Shown here piece after piece: positions 20,168 to 30,503 of a stretch of 64,000 nt of DNA. Within the stretch, counting starts at the first letter, position 1; every line of letters starts with the position of its first letter. Under the pieces are notes generated by a model. The model saw only the letters and a program-made list of their open reading frames with translations, did not search any database and was not told the origin of the DNA. The position numbers and the translations under genes were made by a program. The stretch is from an uncultured Vagococcus sp. (GTDB taxonomy: Bacteria; Bacillota; Bacilli; Lactobacillales; Vagococcaceae): contig CBCPLQ010000014.1 of assembly GCA_965119435.1 (NCBI GenBank), positions 4,747-68,746 of the forward strand. Direction: 5' to 3'.

Positions 20168-21310
20168 ATGACAAAAGTGATGATTCTTTCAGATTCTTTT
20201 AAACAAAGTGCTTCTTCTAAGGAGGTTGGGTATTGGATAAAAGAAAGTTTACTTGAGATGGATAAAACGATGTCAGTTGATGTTTATCCTTTTGCTGATG
20301 GTGGAGAGGGGACGTTAGAAGCTCTTCTTTCTATTTTTAATGGAGAATCAAGTACTTTAGTAGTAAAGGATATGTTTTTAGAGCCCAAGCCAGTGAACTA
20401 TGGTACTGCCCAAAAAAATATTTTTATAGAAAGTGCAGAAGTTATAGGACTTGAAAAGGTTGAAGAGGAAAAACTTGATCCCTGGAAAGCTAGTTCTTTT
20501 GGATTAGGAGAGCTACTAAAAAAAACTATTTTAATTCACCATCCAGATACAATCTATCTAGGAATCGGTGGAACGGCAATCAATGATGGTGGAATTGGAT
20601 TTTTACAAGGAATAGGAGCAAAAATACTTGATAAAAACGATAGAAATGTCAGTAGTGGTATTAGAGGATTAAAGGAAGTAGTCAGTATCGATCTTTCTAA
20701 AATAGACTCGAAAATAATGAGTACTAAAATAGTTGTATTAAGTGATGTTCAAAATCCTATTTGTGGAAAAAAAGGAGCAACCTTGGTCTTTGGTAGTCAG
20801 AAGGGGATAAAGCAAGAAGAGTCGATTGAAGTAGATGCTTATATGCAGAGATATAGTCAACTATTGAATAAGGTTACAAACCAGAAGCTAGACACCTTAC
20901 TTGGAGCTGGAGCTGCGGGTGGATTAGGTATGGCACTTCACGCGTTACCAAATGTCATTTTTAAATCAGGCGCTGAAACATTATTACAAATGAATCATAT
21001 GAAAGAAAGGTTGAAAGAGTATGATTTGGTTATAACTGGAGAAGGTCGAATTGATAATCAAAGCCAACTTGGAAAAGTACCTGTTGGTATAGGTAGGTTA
21101 ACTAAACAGTATTGTGTTCCATTGATTGCTATAGTTGGAAGTCAATCATATGAACAAGAAAAAAATTATCAAGAAGGTATTGATTTAATTATTGATATTA
21201 TTAATGAACCTATGACATTGCAAGAAGCAAAAAATAATGTCGAAAAATTAGTAAAAAAAGCAGCTAAGCAAGCCTATCATGTTTTTTCTATGATAAAAAG
21301 GTATGGCTAG
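20168..21310 (+). CDS. Glycerate kinase (GlxK/GarK family)
   Basis: DSFKQS, ADGGEGT, GIGGTAINDGG, GAGAAGGLG, TGEGRID. Confidence 0.92.
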   Translation: MTKVMILSDSFKQSASSKEVGYWIKESLLEMDKTMSVDVYPFADGGEGTLEALLSIFNGESSTLVVKDMFLEPKPVNYGTAQKNIFIESAEVIGLEKVEEEKLDPWKASSFGLGELLKKTILIHHPDTIYLGIGGTAINDGGIGFLQGIGAKILDKNDRNVSSGIRGLKEVVSIDLSKIDSKIMSTKIVVLSDVQNPICGKKGATLVFGSQKGIKQEESIEVDAYMQRYSQLLNKVTNQKLDTLLGAGAAGGLGMALHALPNVIFKSGAETLLQMNHMKERLKEYDLVITGEGRIDNQSQLGKVPVGIGRLTKQYCVPLIAIVGSQSYEQEKNYQEGIDLIIDIINEPMTLQEAKNNVEKLVKKAAKQAYHVFSMIKRYG

Positions 21311-21412
21311 GCGAAGCTAATTAAATGATTTTTTTATTGTCATACCTAAAATACTAGCTAATAAATTCTAGATACTAGTGTTTTCTAACTGATTTATATT
21401 GAAGATTATTAT

Positions 21413-21455
21413 AAAAAAGACAAGTCAAACCGAAAGGTTGACTTGTCTTTTTTTT
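21413..21455. terminator. Bidirectional terminator
   Basis: aaaaaagacaagtcaaacc-gaaa-ggttgacttgtctttttt. Confidence 0.85.
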
Positions 21456-23184
21456 ATTTTTTCCACTCAGAAACTTTATCTGGATTATTTTTAATCCATT
21501 CTTTTGCAGCTTCTTCAGGAGAATCTCCATTGTTAACTTTAAGCATGATACTTTCAATGTCTTTTGTTTCCCAATTAAAGTTCTTAATAACATTGTAAGC
21601 TTCAGGTTGATCTTTTTTCAATCCTTTTCGAGCCATAGTTTTGATAGATTCTTCATTTCCCATTGTTTGTTTAGGATCTTCTAAGTATTTTAAATCATAT
21701 TTAGAAAACATCCAATGTGGTGACCAACCTGTAATAACGATTGGTTTCTTATTCTTGATGGCTTGATCAAGAGCAATTACCATTGCTCCAGAAGAAGATG
21801 TTTCTAATTTCCAATCATTAAGATTAGGATAAGCTTTCATAGTTTCTTCCGCAGCAGCAACAACACCAGCACCAGGTTCAATACCAGTAATCGATTTTCC
21901 AGCTTCATCTGTTAACTCGTCAATGCTGTTGACATCCATATAGCTAGGAACAACTAAGCCAACTTTAGCACCTTTTAAGTTAGCGTTTAATGGATCTAGA
22001 GAACTTTTGTATTGCTCAAATTGAGCTTTGTGAGTTTTAGGTAACCAAGCAGATACCATTGCATCTGATTCCCCTTTAGAGACTGATTCCCACATGATCG
22101 CATTATCAAGAGGTGTCATATTTACTTTATAACCCATCTCTTTTAAAACTTCTCCAAGAACATTAGTTGAAGCAACTTCTGAGTCCCACTCAACATAAGC
22201 TAAATTGATAGTTCCTTTGTCTTCTTTTTTTGTAAAGTAAGAAAAAGCAGATAGACCACCAAGTGCTAAGAGAATTGCACCACCAATTGTAGCAAATTTT
22301 TTCTTATTGTTTTTATTGCTTTTTTGTTTATCGGTTAATTGTTTTGGTTTATTTAAATGTTGAGTAAAACGGTCAATGATGATAGCTAGGATAACTAACG
22401 CAACACCATTAACAAAACCATTCCCAACTTGTGCACGTTGTAAGGCAGATAGTACGCCTCGACCAAGTCCAGGTGCACCAATCATTGATGCAATTACTAC
22501 CATGGAAAGAGAGAGCATCGTTGTTTGGTTAATACCAGCTAAAATAGTGTTTTTAGCAAGAGGTAATTCTAATTTAAATAATTTTTGTTTCCCTGTTCCG
22601 CCGAATGAGTCTGACGCTTCAACAAGTTCTTTTGGAACTTGTCTAATACCTAGGTTAGTAAATCTAACGGTAGGTGGAAGTGCAAAGATCACAGAAGCAA
22701 ACACACCAGGCACCATACCGATTCCAAAGAAGGCCACTGCAGGAATTAGATAAACAAATCCTGGCATAGTCTGCATGAAATCAAGTATAGGTGTAATAAT
22801 TTTTTGAGCTGTCTCATTTTTTGCCATTAAAATACCAAGAGGAACACCAATTATAATTGAAATCATACTTGATATTAACACAAGAGTAAGAGTGCTCATC
22901 AAATCTGTCCATAGACCTTGATTTAAAATAAATAATAAACCAAGAAATGTAAAACTTGTTAATCCCCATTTTTTATTCGAAATAAAGAAGGCGATAACTG
23001 TTATCAACGCAATAAACAATATAGGTGGAATAAATAGTAGCCCATTTGTTAAGCCATCCATAATTGTTTGCCCGATAACTTGGAAGAATGAAAAGAGACC
23101 AGAAAAGGTATCTGTCATCCATGAAACGAGAGTTTCTACCCAATCAGCTACTGGCAGTTTTGCAAATAGTATAAGATTATTCAT
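21454..23184 (-). CDS. opuAB: Glycine betaine ABC permease fused to substrate-binding domain (OpuAB-C/BusAB)
   Basis: [18 protein letters not shown]-like loop, C-terminal binding domain with VEWDSEVAS and WSPHWMF. Confidence 0.92.
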   Translation of the reverse strand: MNNLILFAKLPVADWVETLVSWMTDTFSGLFSFFQVIGQTIMDGLTNGLLFIPPILFIALITVIAFFISNKKWGLTSFTFLGLLFILNQGLWTDLMSTLTLVLISSMISIIIGVPLGILMAKNETAQKIITPILDFMQTMPGFVYLIPAVAFFGIGMVPGVFASVIFALPPTVRFTNLGIRQVPKELVEASDSFGGTGKQKLFKLELPLAKNTILAGINQTTMLSLSMVVIASMIGAPGLGRGVLSALQRAQVGNGFVNGVALVILAIIIDRFTQHLNKPKQLTDKQKSNKNNKKKFATIGGAILLALGGLSAFSYFTKKEDKGTINLAYVEWDSEVASTNVLGEVLKEMGYKVNMTPLDNAIMWESVSKGESDAMVSAWLPKTHKAQFEQYKSSLDPLNANLKGAKVGLVVPSYMDVNSIDELTDEAGKSITGIEPGAGVVAAAEETMKAYPNLNDWKLETSSSGAMVIALDQAIKNKKPIVITGWSPHWMFSKYDLKYLEDPKQTMGNEESIKTMARKGLKKDQPEAYNVIKNFNWETKDIESIMLKVNNGDSPEEAAKEWIKNNPDKVSEWKK

Positions 23185-24385
23185 TGATTATTTCCTCCTC
23201 ATGAGTGTCATCTGGTGTACCAGCTAATGCTTCGATAACGCGTCCACGAATGATAACGCCTAATAAACGACCGTCTTCAACCACTGCAAGAGGCATAGGT
23301 GAATCATAAACGATATTAAAAATATCACTGACAAGCATGTCTTTTGGAACAGTCGTTACTTCTTCAACCATAACATCTTCTAATGTAAGACCTCTTTTAC
23401 GTGCTCTATGCGCTTCATCAGCAGTAATATAGCCACGTAAATTACGTTTTTTATCAACGGCTAAAAGCATACTAACATCATCTGCACGCATTCTTTGGAT
23501 AGCAACGTTTGGTCCATCAATTTCAATGTTTGTTGTGATTGCTGGAACCATAATATTATTAGCTGTCAATACTTTAGAACGATCCACATCTTCCACAAAT
23601 TCTCTAACATATTCATTAGCCGGGTTAGTAAGAATTTCTTCACCTGTACCGATTTGCATGATTTGTCCGTCTTTCATTAAAGCAATTTTATCTCCAATGC
23701 GTAGCGCTTCATTTAAATCATGGGTGATAAAAATAATTGTTTTTTGTACGTTTGCTTGAAGTTCTATTAACTCATCTTGCATTTCACGGCGAATTAAAGG
23801 ATCTAGTGCTGAAAAAGCTTCATCCATCAATAAGATTTCAGGATCATTTGCTAAGGCGCGAGCTAACCCAACCCGTTGTTGCATCCCACCTGAAAGTTGA
23901 CCAGGATATTGGTCTTTAAATGAAATTAAACCAGAATTTTCTAAGGCTTTCTCAGCTCTTTTTGTTCTTTCTTCTTTAGAAATACCACGCACTTCTAATC
24001 CGAATTCAGTATTTTCTAAAATTGTTCGGTGTGGAAAAAGACCGAAATTTTGGAAAACCATACTCATTTTATGACGTCTAACTTCTCGTAGTTCTTCTTT
24101 ATCCATTTTTGCTATATCTTTTCCGTCAATATATATATCGCCCGATGTAGGTTCGATTAATCGGTTAATTAAGCGAATTAAAGTAGACTTACCACTTCCT
24201 GATAGTCCCATGATAACGAAAATTTCCCCTTCGTTAACGTCAAAGTTAGCATCGTAAACACCAACGGTTGCTCCAGTTTTTTCAAGTATTTCTGTTTTAG
24301 GTTTTTGCTCTTGAATCATCTTTAGAGCTGCTTGGCTTCTTTTACCAAATACTTTTGTTAAGTTTTTGACTTGAACTTTTACCAT
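23177..24385 (-). CDS. opuAA: Glycine betaine ABC ATPase with CBS domains (BusAA)
   Basis: [25 protein letters not shown]-terminal CBS pair. Confidence 0.95.
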   Translation of the reverse strand: MVKVQVKNLTKVFGKRSQAALKMIQEQKPKTEILEKTGATVGVYDANFDVNEGEIFVIMGLSGSGKSTLIRLINRLIEPTSGDIYIDGKDIAKMDKEELREVRRHKMSMVFQNFGLFPHRTILENTEFGLEVRGISKEERTKRAEKALENSGLISFKDQYPGQLSGGMQQRVGLARALANDPEILLMDEAFSALDPLIRREMQDELIELQANVQKTIIFITHDLNEALRIGDKIALMKDGQIMQIGTGEEILTNPANEYVREFVEDVDRSKVLTANNIMVPAITTNIEIDGPNVAIQRMRADDVSMLLAVDKKRNLRGYITADEAHRARKRGLTLEDVMVEEVTTVPKDMLVSDIFNIVYDSPMPLAVVEDGRLLGVIIRGRVIEALAGTPDDTHEEEIINE

Positions 24386-24428
24386 GTTAGTCTCTCCTTT
24401 TTGTAATTTTCTTTTGTTTTCTGAAAAA

Positions 24429-24473
24429 ACAAAGTGACCACATCATAATAACATCGAGTGGTCACTTTGTCAA
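24429..24473 (-). promoter_or_regulatory. opuA promoter overlapped by bipartite BusR operator
   Basis: Minus strand TTGACA-17-TATTAT with extended TG; inverted repeat acaaagtgaccac...gtggtcactttgt with GAC-N22-GTC spacing. Confidence 0.8.
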
Positions 24474-24517
24474 AAAGAAAACATCCAAAACTGTAAAAGC
24501 TTTGGATGTTTTCTTTT
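24472..24517 (-). terminator. busR terminator
   Basis: aaaagaaaacatccaaa / tttggatgttttctttt. Confidence 0.75.
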
Positions 24518-25151
24518 ATTTATTTGGATAAAAGAAGTTAATCACTCGCTGAGTTGCAAATTCGTCTCCAATAAAGTATAGGGTATCACCTGAATTTAAA
24601 ACGGCATAGGGTCCAGGAGATAAAACTAATATATCATTATGTAAGATTCCGACAACAGTTGCACTTGTTTCATGCCATAGGTTTAAATCAGAGATAGATT
24701 TGTTTAAATGTTCCGCCTCATGAGTGATTGAAAGTTCTGATGGTAAGAAAGGATTCACTTTATTTAATTTAATTGTTTGAGAGACTAACTGATTGATTAT
24801 TTGAGTAAAATCGTCCAGTTCTTTTTTTTGACGATTTAAACTATTAAATAGATCGATTTTTACTTCTTCGATAGATTGTACATCTTGATATTGCTCTAAA
24901 AAAGAAATAGATTTGTTTTTTGATGAAACAAAAACACCACTACCATGTTTCACTTCCATTATTCCTAAGTCAACTAAGATATTTACAGCTTTTCTTGCTG
25001 TTTCTGGAGAAACACCAAAAGTAGATGCAAGAGTAGATCGGGCATGTATTTTTTCTCCAACTTGATAACGCCCGTCCACAATTCGTTCAGCAATTTCGAT
25101 AGCAATTTGTTGGTAACGAGGGAGCCTCGTTTCTTTTTTATTACCCATCAT
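24516..25151 (-). CDS. busR: GntR-wHTH plus RCK_C (TrkA-C) repressor of opuA, c-di-AMP receptor type
   Basis: LPRYQQIAIEIA, ARSTLASTFGVSPETARKA, LSPGPYAVL; adjacent to opuA. Confidence 0.9.
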   Translation of the reverse strand: MMGNKKETRLPRYQQIAIEIAERIVDGRYQVGEKIHARSTLASTFGVSPETARKAVNILVDLGIMEVKHGSGVFVSSKNKSISFLEQYQDVQSIEEVKIDLFNSLNRQKKELDDFTQIINQLVSQTIKLNKVNPFLPSELSITHEAEHLNKSISDLNLWHETSATVVGILHNDILVLSPGPYAVLNSGDTLYFIGDEFATQRVINFFYPNK

Positions 25152-25321
25152 TTAATCCCTCCTAATATCTATGTCATATATCCTACTAAAAAATAAAAAA
25201 AAAAGCAAAGATCCATTTAAAAAAATTATGAAGACGGTTAACTTAAAAATTAGTACAAGTTTGCTTGTAGTGTTATAATATCGATATGTTAAATTTTATA
25301 GGTTAGGGGAGCCAAATAAAA

Positions 25322-26908
25322 ATGAAAAGAAAAATATTGACACTCTTTATTGTATCGACATTTACAAGTGGTCTAATCATGCCTGTAGCGACTGTTACAG
25401 CTGAGACAATTAATAATAATAGAGAGCAAACTGAACAAGTTGATGAGGACACTGATGAGTCGGAGGAAACTGAAACGACTAGTGAAGAAACAAATGAAAG
25501 TAGCACAACAGAGGAAACGACCAGTGATGAGTTAGGGGAAACTACAGAGAGTACCGAGGAAAGTACTACAACAACTGAAAGTTCTGAAGTTAAAGAGACT
25601 GAAACAAAAGAAACATCTAAAGAGAAGCCAATTAAACCAAAACCAACTAAACCGAAAATTGAAAAGAAAAAAAAGACCAAGAAAACTAATAAAAATGAAG
25701 TTGCTAAGTCAAAAAAAGAAGGAACACCTAAAGAGAGTGTTGTGATTGGTGAAGAATCCAATATAGTTGGAACAAAAGAAGAAAATGATTCCTATGTTTC
25801 GACGACAGAAATAAAATTTATTAAAAATCAATCTACTGAGGAGTTTGTAGAAAGCATTGGTGATAAGGCGAGAGAAATCGGTCAAGAATATGACTTATAT
25901 GCATCTGTTATGATCGCACAAGCAATTCTTGAAACAGGTTCTGGTAGTAGTCAACTGAGCCAATCTCCTTACCATAACTTATTTGGTATTAAGGGAAAAT
26001 ATAAAGGGAAATCTGTTTCTTTTAGTACAAGCGAAGATAACGGTAAAGGTAAATTATACACTGTAAATGCAAGTTTTAGACAGTATCCAGGTTATAAGGA
26101 ATCCTTTGAAGATTATGCAGAGTTATTAACTGATACTAAAAAGGGAAATGGGAACTTCTATAAAAAAACATGGAAGAAAAATACAAAAACGTACAAAGAT
26201 GCAACTAAATCATTAACAGGTAAATATGCAACAGACACTAGCTATGATAAGAAATTAAATAAGTTGATTGAAACGTATGATTTAACTTTCTTTGATCAAA
26301 AGTTAAATGGTGATGCAAAAATTAAAAACATTTATTACGATGTAAAAAAAGGTGATACAATAGCCTCTATTATTTCTGACCATAAGATAGAAGAAAAAGA
26401 GTTTAAAAAATGGAATAAAGATATTTTAACGGATAAAAAACAGTTGAAAGATCAAAAACGTGTCATCATTGGGCAAAGAAAAGTTTCTACTTATCAAATA
26501 AAAAATATAAAAACGAAAAAGACTAGCGAATTTATTGTTCCTTTAAAGCAGGGGTATACTGTATCAAGTCCATTTGGCGGTAGAGGTGGAGAGCATCATA
26601 ACGGTGTTGACATGGCAGTAGCAAGTAATACATTAATTTATGCTAGTTCAAAAGGTCGCGTAGTAGCTAAAGGGTTTGATCCTTCAGCAGGGAATTATGT
26701 TATCTTGCAACATGAAAATGATTTATATACAAGCTATTTCCATATGACAAGATCAGCAGTAGCGATTGATGAGAAAGTTGAAATGGGAGACATGATTGGT
26801 TACGTTGGTTCTACAGGGAATTCAACAGGACCGCATTTACACTTTGCTATTAACTCTGATTTATGGTCAGGGTATATAAATCCTGCAAACTACATGGATA
26901 TTAATTAA
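25322..26908 (+). CDS. Secreted peptidoglycan hydrolase: acidic/Thr-rich linker, GH73 glucosaminidase, LysM, M23 peptidase
   Basis: Signal peptide; AQAILETG, NLFGIKG, YATD (GH73); YDVKKGDT (LysM); HNGVD and TGPHLHF (M23). Confidence 0.85.
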   Translation: MKRKILTLFIVSTFTSGLIMPVATVTAETINNNREQTEQVDEDTDESEETETTSEETNESSTTEETTSDELGETTESTEESTTTTESSEVKETETKETSKEKPIKPKPTKPKIEKKKKTKKTNKNEVAKSKKEGTPKESVVIGEESNIVGTKEENDSYVSTTEIKFIKNQSTEEFVESIGDKAREIGQEYDLYASVMIAQAILETGSGSSQLSQSPYHNLFGIKGKYKGKSVSFSTSEDNGKGKLYTVNASFRQYPGYKESFEDYAELLTDTKKGNGNFYKKTWKKNTKTYKDATKSLTGKYATDTSYDKKLNKLIETYDLTFFDQKLNGDAKIKNIYYDVKKGDTIASIISDHKIEEKEFKKWNKDILTDKKQLKDQKRVIIGQRKVSTYQIKNIKTKKTSEFIVPLKQGYTVSSPFGGRGGEHHNGVDMAVASNTLIYASSKGRVVAKGFDPSAGNYVILQHENDLYTSYFHMTRSAVAIDEKVEMGDMIGYVGSTGNSTGPHLHFAINSDLWSGYINPANYMDIN

Positions 26909-26914
26909 ATCAAC

Positions 26915-26963
26915 AAGAGTTGTGACAAAAGTATTTAAACTTTTGTCATAGCTCCTTTTTTTT
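26915..26963 (+). terminator. Hairpin terminator (best-conserved repeat family member)
   Basis: gagttgtgacaaaag-tatttaaa-cttttgtcatagctc followed by T-tract. Confidence 0.75.
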
Positions 26964-26971
26964 GTTAAGAT
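26943..26971 (+). promoter_or_regulatory. SigA promoter of engB
   Basis: TTGTCA-17-TAAGAT with extended TG. Confidence 0.6.
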
Positions 26972-27003
26972 AAGAAAGAATAAAAAAAGAAAGTGGAGAT
27001 ATT

Positions 27004-27588
27004 ATGCAAGTACATAAAGCAGAAATTGTTATTAGTGCCGTTTCGCCGGAACAATACCCTAAAACCAAGTTGCCAGAAATTGCTCTAGCAGGTCGCTCAA
27101 ACGTGGGAAAATCTTCATTCATTAATTCGTTAATCAATCGAAAAAGTTTAGCAAGAACATCTGGTAAACCAGGTAAGACACAAACGTTAAATTTCTATTT
27201 AATTGAAGAAGCACTACATTTTGTTGACGTACCAGGATATGGCTATGCCAAGGTATCAAAAACAGAAAGAGCTAAATGGGGACAAATGATTGAAACCTAT
27301 TTAACAGAAAGAGAGCAATTAAAAGCGGTTGTGTCTCTTGTTGATATGCGTCATGATCCTACAGAGGATGATGTTAATATGTATAACTTTTTAAAATATT
27401 ATCAAATTCCAGTGATTGTGGTTGCAACTAAAAGTGATAAAATTAAACGTAGTCAATGGAATAAACATGAAGCAGCTATAAAACGTAAGCTTCAATTTGA
27501 TCCGACTGATGATTTTATTATCTTTTCTTCTGAAACTAAAGAGGGAAAAGAGCCAGCTTGGAAAGCAATAGAAAAATATTTATCATAG
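27004..27588 (+). CDS. engB: Ribosome biogenesis GTPase YihA/YsxC
   Basis: [27 protein letters not shown]. Confidence 0.97.
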   Translation: MQVHKAEIVISAVSPEQYPKTKLPEIALAGRSNVGKSSFINSLINRKSLARTSGKPGKTQTLNFYLIEEALHFVDVPGYGYAKVSKTERAKWGQMIETYLTEREQLKAVVSLVDMRHDPTEDDVNMYNFLKYYQIPVIVVATKSDKIKRSQWNKHEAAIKRKLQFDPTDDFIIFSSETKEGKEPAWKAIEKYLS

Positions 27589-27589
27589 A

Positions 27590-27647
27590 AAAAAAGAGTC
27601 ACTATTTCCCAAAGTATAATAACTTTTGGAAATAGTGACTCTTTTTT
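27590..27647. terminator. Bidirectional terminator
   Basis: aaaaaagagtcactatttcc / ggaaatagtgactctttttt. Confidence 0.85.
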
Positions 27648-27656
27648 AGCTTTGAT

Positions 27657-27824
27657 TTATTTTTTATTTTCATCATGTTTTACAGTTACTGTCGTATTTG
27701 ATATATCAACAGTAAAGGTATTATTTTTATTAATTGCTTTATCATTTTCTTTTTTGTCAGGATCAATGGCAAACTCTTCAAATAATTTTTCTAGACTATC
27801 TTTTTTCTTAAATGTCATTCCCAT
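27657..27824 (-). CDS. Small protein, 55 aa, SPJ_0845-like
   Basis: Manual translation MGMTFKKKDSLEKLFEEFAIDPDKKENDKAINKNNTFTVDISNTTVTVKHDENKK; SD aaaagga; below the ORF-track cutoff. Confidence 0.75.
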   Translation of the reverse strand: MGMTFKKKDSLEKLFEEFAIDPDKKENDKAINKNNTFTVDISNTTVTVKHDENKK

Positions 27825-27868
27825 GAAAACACATCCTTTTCTTTTTTACATCATAACACGATTGTTAA

Positions 27869-28999
27869 CTAAACGTCACTTATTTTAGGATAAATATACT
27901 GATTGGGTTTATATTTATAATTCTCGAAAATGGTTTCCTGCTCAAGGGTCCAATCAGCTAATGTTTTACCAATGATAGCGCCAGTCGTTAAACCAGATGA
28001 ACCAAGTCCACTAGCAACAAGAAAATTAGGTAGATTGTTTATTTCACCAAAAAAGGGGGAAAAATCTGAAGTATAGGCACGTGTTCCAATCCTTGTACCA
28101 ATGATTTTAGCTTCTGTAATATCTGAAAGTAGCTCATTTGCATCTGCCTTCAAACCAGCTAACAGTGTTTCATCAGGATCTAAACTAAACCCACCCTCAT
28201 TTTCGTGGGTTGCACCAATAAGTATTCTCCCCTTATCAAAGGGGATTATATCTGTTTCCCCAACAGGCATAATAACAGGCCAATTTTCTGTTTGAAGAGG
28301 CGTATCAATCTCAATCAATTGCCCTTTCTGTGGCCTAATATCGACAGTCAAGTTGAGAGGTCTTAGTAACTCACCAATCCAAGCCCCACCGGCTAAAATT
28401 AACTTGTCAAAGTAATAAGTAGTAGATTTATCTTTAAGAATCCACTTGTTCTCTTCAAAAGAAATAGTAATAATTTTTGTTTTTATTAATTCGTTCATAG
28501 CATTAGTTACTTCTTTAAGTAACATCTGAACTAATTTGTCACCATCAATTTTAGCTCCCCCAGTTATGTAAAGAGCAGAATTGGTTGATGTAACTATGGG
28601 AATTAGTTGAGTAATTTCCTCTTTTGTGAGTAAGCTAATATCACCGATTTCTGGTGCCTCTATCTTTCTTTCTTCAGCTAATACCATTAATTTATTCAAT
28701 AGTTTCTCATTTTTTTTATAAAGAATGGTTCCTGTTTTTTGATAAACGTTTTTGGTATCATTTGTTCGACTTAAATCCTCTATAAGTTGATTATAAAATT
28801 TAGCACCTTCTTTTGCTAAAAAATACCATTCTTTATTTCTTCGTTGAGATAACCATGGAGAGATGATGCCTGCAGAAGCGGAGGTTGCTTGACCAATTCC
28901 GTCATCGAAAAGAGTTATTTTTTTGTTTTCTTGGCTTAAATAGTAAGCAGCTGTTGCACCGACAATACCACCACCAATAATAGCAATTTTTTCAGTCAT
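27869..28999 (-). CDS. FAD-dependent oxidoreductase (DadA/glycine oxidase family)
   Basis: IAIIGGGIVG, ATSASAGII, PQKGQ, SGLGSSG; start MTEK after SD gaagga. Confidence 0.88.
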   Translation of the reverse strand: MTEKIAIIGGGIVGATAAYYLSQENKKITLFDDGIGQATSASAGIISPWLSQRRNKEWYFLAKEGAKFYNQLIEDLSRTNDTKNVYQKTGTILYKKNEKLLNKLMVLAEERKIEAPEIGDISLLTKEEITQLIPIVTSTNSALYITGGAKIDGDKLVQMLLKEVTNAMNELIKTKIITISFEENKWILKDKSTTYYFDKLILAGGAWIGELLRPLNLTVDIRPQKGQLIEIDTPLQTENWPVIMPVGETDIIPFDKGRILIGATHENEGGFSLDPDETLLAGLKADANELLSDITEAKIIGTRIGTRAYTSDFSPFFGEINNLPNFLVASGLGSSGLTTGAIIGKTLADWTLEQETIFENYKYKPNQYIYPKISDV

Positions 29000-29117
29000 A
29001 TGAATCTCCTTCACCGTTTTTTATCAGTATAAACTAAAAAAGGATTAACCACTAAACTTAGCTCTTAAAGATTAAGTGTTTTAGTGATAGTAATCCTTTT
29101 TGATTATTAATTTATTT

Positions 29118-30008
29118 CTATTTTTGCTCGCAGTTATCGTATTCGTAAGGTTCAACATGAACATCAATATCAAAAATATTAAATTTACGCTTTAAGTCAG
29201 TTTCAAGCTCATCCACAATATCATGACTCTCCTTAACGGTGAGGTGCGGGTCCATCCTGACTGTCACATCTAAAAAGACATTTGCACCTAAATTTCTAGC
29301 TCTTAAAACAGAAACCTCTTTGATTCCTTTAATTTTTAAAATTTCTAATTTATAAATAACTAAAGTATCTCGGTTAAAACCATCAGATAAAGAAAAAGCA
29401 TTTTCTTTAAAAATATCAACTGCTGTTTTAAGAATTACAAAGGCAATAATAATAGCAGTCAAGGTATCTATCCATGGTAGATGTAAACTTGCTGCAAAAA
29501 CGGCGACAGCAGTACCAAGACTTGTTAGCATATCACTAAAGTTATCTTTTGCAACAGCATTAAGTGAGCTACTATTGTACTTTTCTCCTAGTTTTTTATT
29601 ATATAAGTAAACTAGATACATAACGACTGCAGATACAATTCCAACAACAGCAGCAATTGGTTCTGGTTGTTGAATATTTTTATTAATAACAGATTTAATA
29701 GCAGTAAATAAAACCTCACAACCTACGGCAAACATAATTAAAGAGGTCAACAGGCTAGCTACATTTTCTGCTTTCCAATGACCGTAGCGATGTTCATTGT
29801 CTGCAGGTTTTCTTGAAAGTTTTAAACCAATTAGAATAGCAACTGAGGCAATTGTATCTGTAAAATTATTGAGACCATCTGCAGATAAAGCTCTGGAGCC
29901 AGCATAACTCCCAACTACTAGTTTGAAAATAGCAAGAACTACGTAAGCTAAAATACTAATGATTGCTCCTTTTTCTGCTTGTTTTAACTCTGCACTTCTC
30001 TCTGACAT
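29118..30008 (-). CDS. Cation diffusion facilitator (FieF-like) transporter
   Basis: ADGLNNFTD, HRYGHWKAE, SHD and VHVEP C-terminal domain. Confidence 0.92.
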   Translation of the reverse strand: MSERSAELKQAEKGAIISILAYVVLAIFKLVVGSYAGSRALSADGLNNFTDTIASVAILIGLKLSRKPADNEHRYGHWKAENVASLLTSLIMFAVGCEVLFTAIKSVINKNIQQPEPIAAVVGIVSAVVMYLVYLYNKKLGEKYNSSSLNAVAKDNFSDMLTSLGTAVAVFAASLHLPWIDTLTAIIIAFVILKTAVDIFKENAFSLSDGFNRDTLVIYKLEILKIKGIKEVSVLRARNLGANVFLDVTVRMDPHLTVKESHDIVDELETDLKRKFNIFDIDVHVEPYEYDNCEQK

Positions 30009-30153
30009 AACAACCGACTCCCTTTTTAGTAACTGAAAGAAAGTATAACAGAGGAGACCCTATTTAGAAAAGGTGGAAAAAAAAAATTAAGCATTCCTAA
30101 AAATTTAAAGAGGTGAGGTTAGAACTTGACTTAGTTCCTTCCTCGACCTCTTT

Positions 30154-30420
30154 TTAGTTAGATGGATGAATTAACACGCCATTTATATTATTAACTGTGG
30201 ATAAATCAATTCGTTCATTGTAGGTTTCTTCGGTTCCAATCGTTGAAAAATTCAAGTATAGATCCTCACCACTGTATACAAATTCAAAAAAATCAATATC
30301 TGTGAAGTTGCTTCTCTTAGTGTTGTTATAGATAACAATTAAAGACCCATTCTCAACATAAATAGGTGATGCTAGTACATCATTGGTAACAGTTATAATG
30401 GAAATTTTTCTTTTAGCCAT
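30154..30420 (-). CDS. Hypothetical protein, 88 aa
   Basis: Strong SD gaggag and its own downstream hairpin (30107-30155); no motif recognised. Confidence 0.7.
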   Translation of the reverse strand: MAKRKISIITVTNDVLASPIYVENGSLIVIYNNTKRSNFTDIDFFEFVYSGEDLYLNFSTIGTEETYNERIDLSTVNNINGVLIHPSN

Positions 30421-30503
30421 ATTGTATCACTCCTCGAAAATAGTTTAGCAAATCTTTTAAACTTAAACAACTTAAATGACAATAAAATGATGGAAAGGAT
30501 TTG

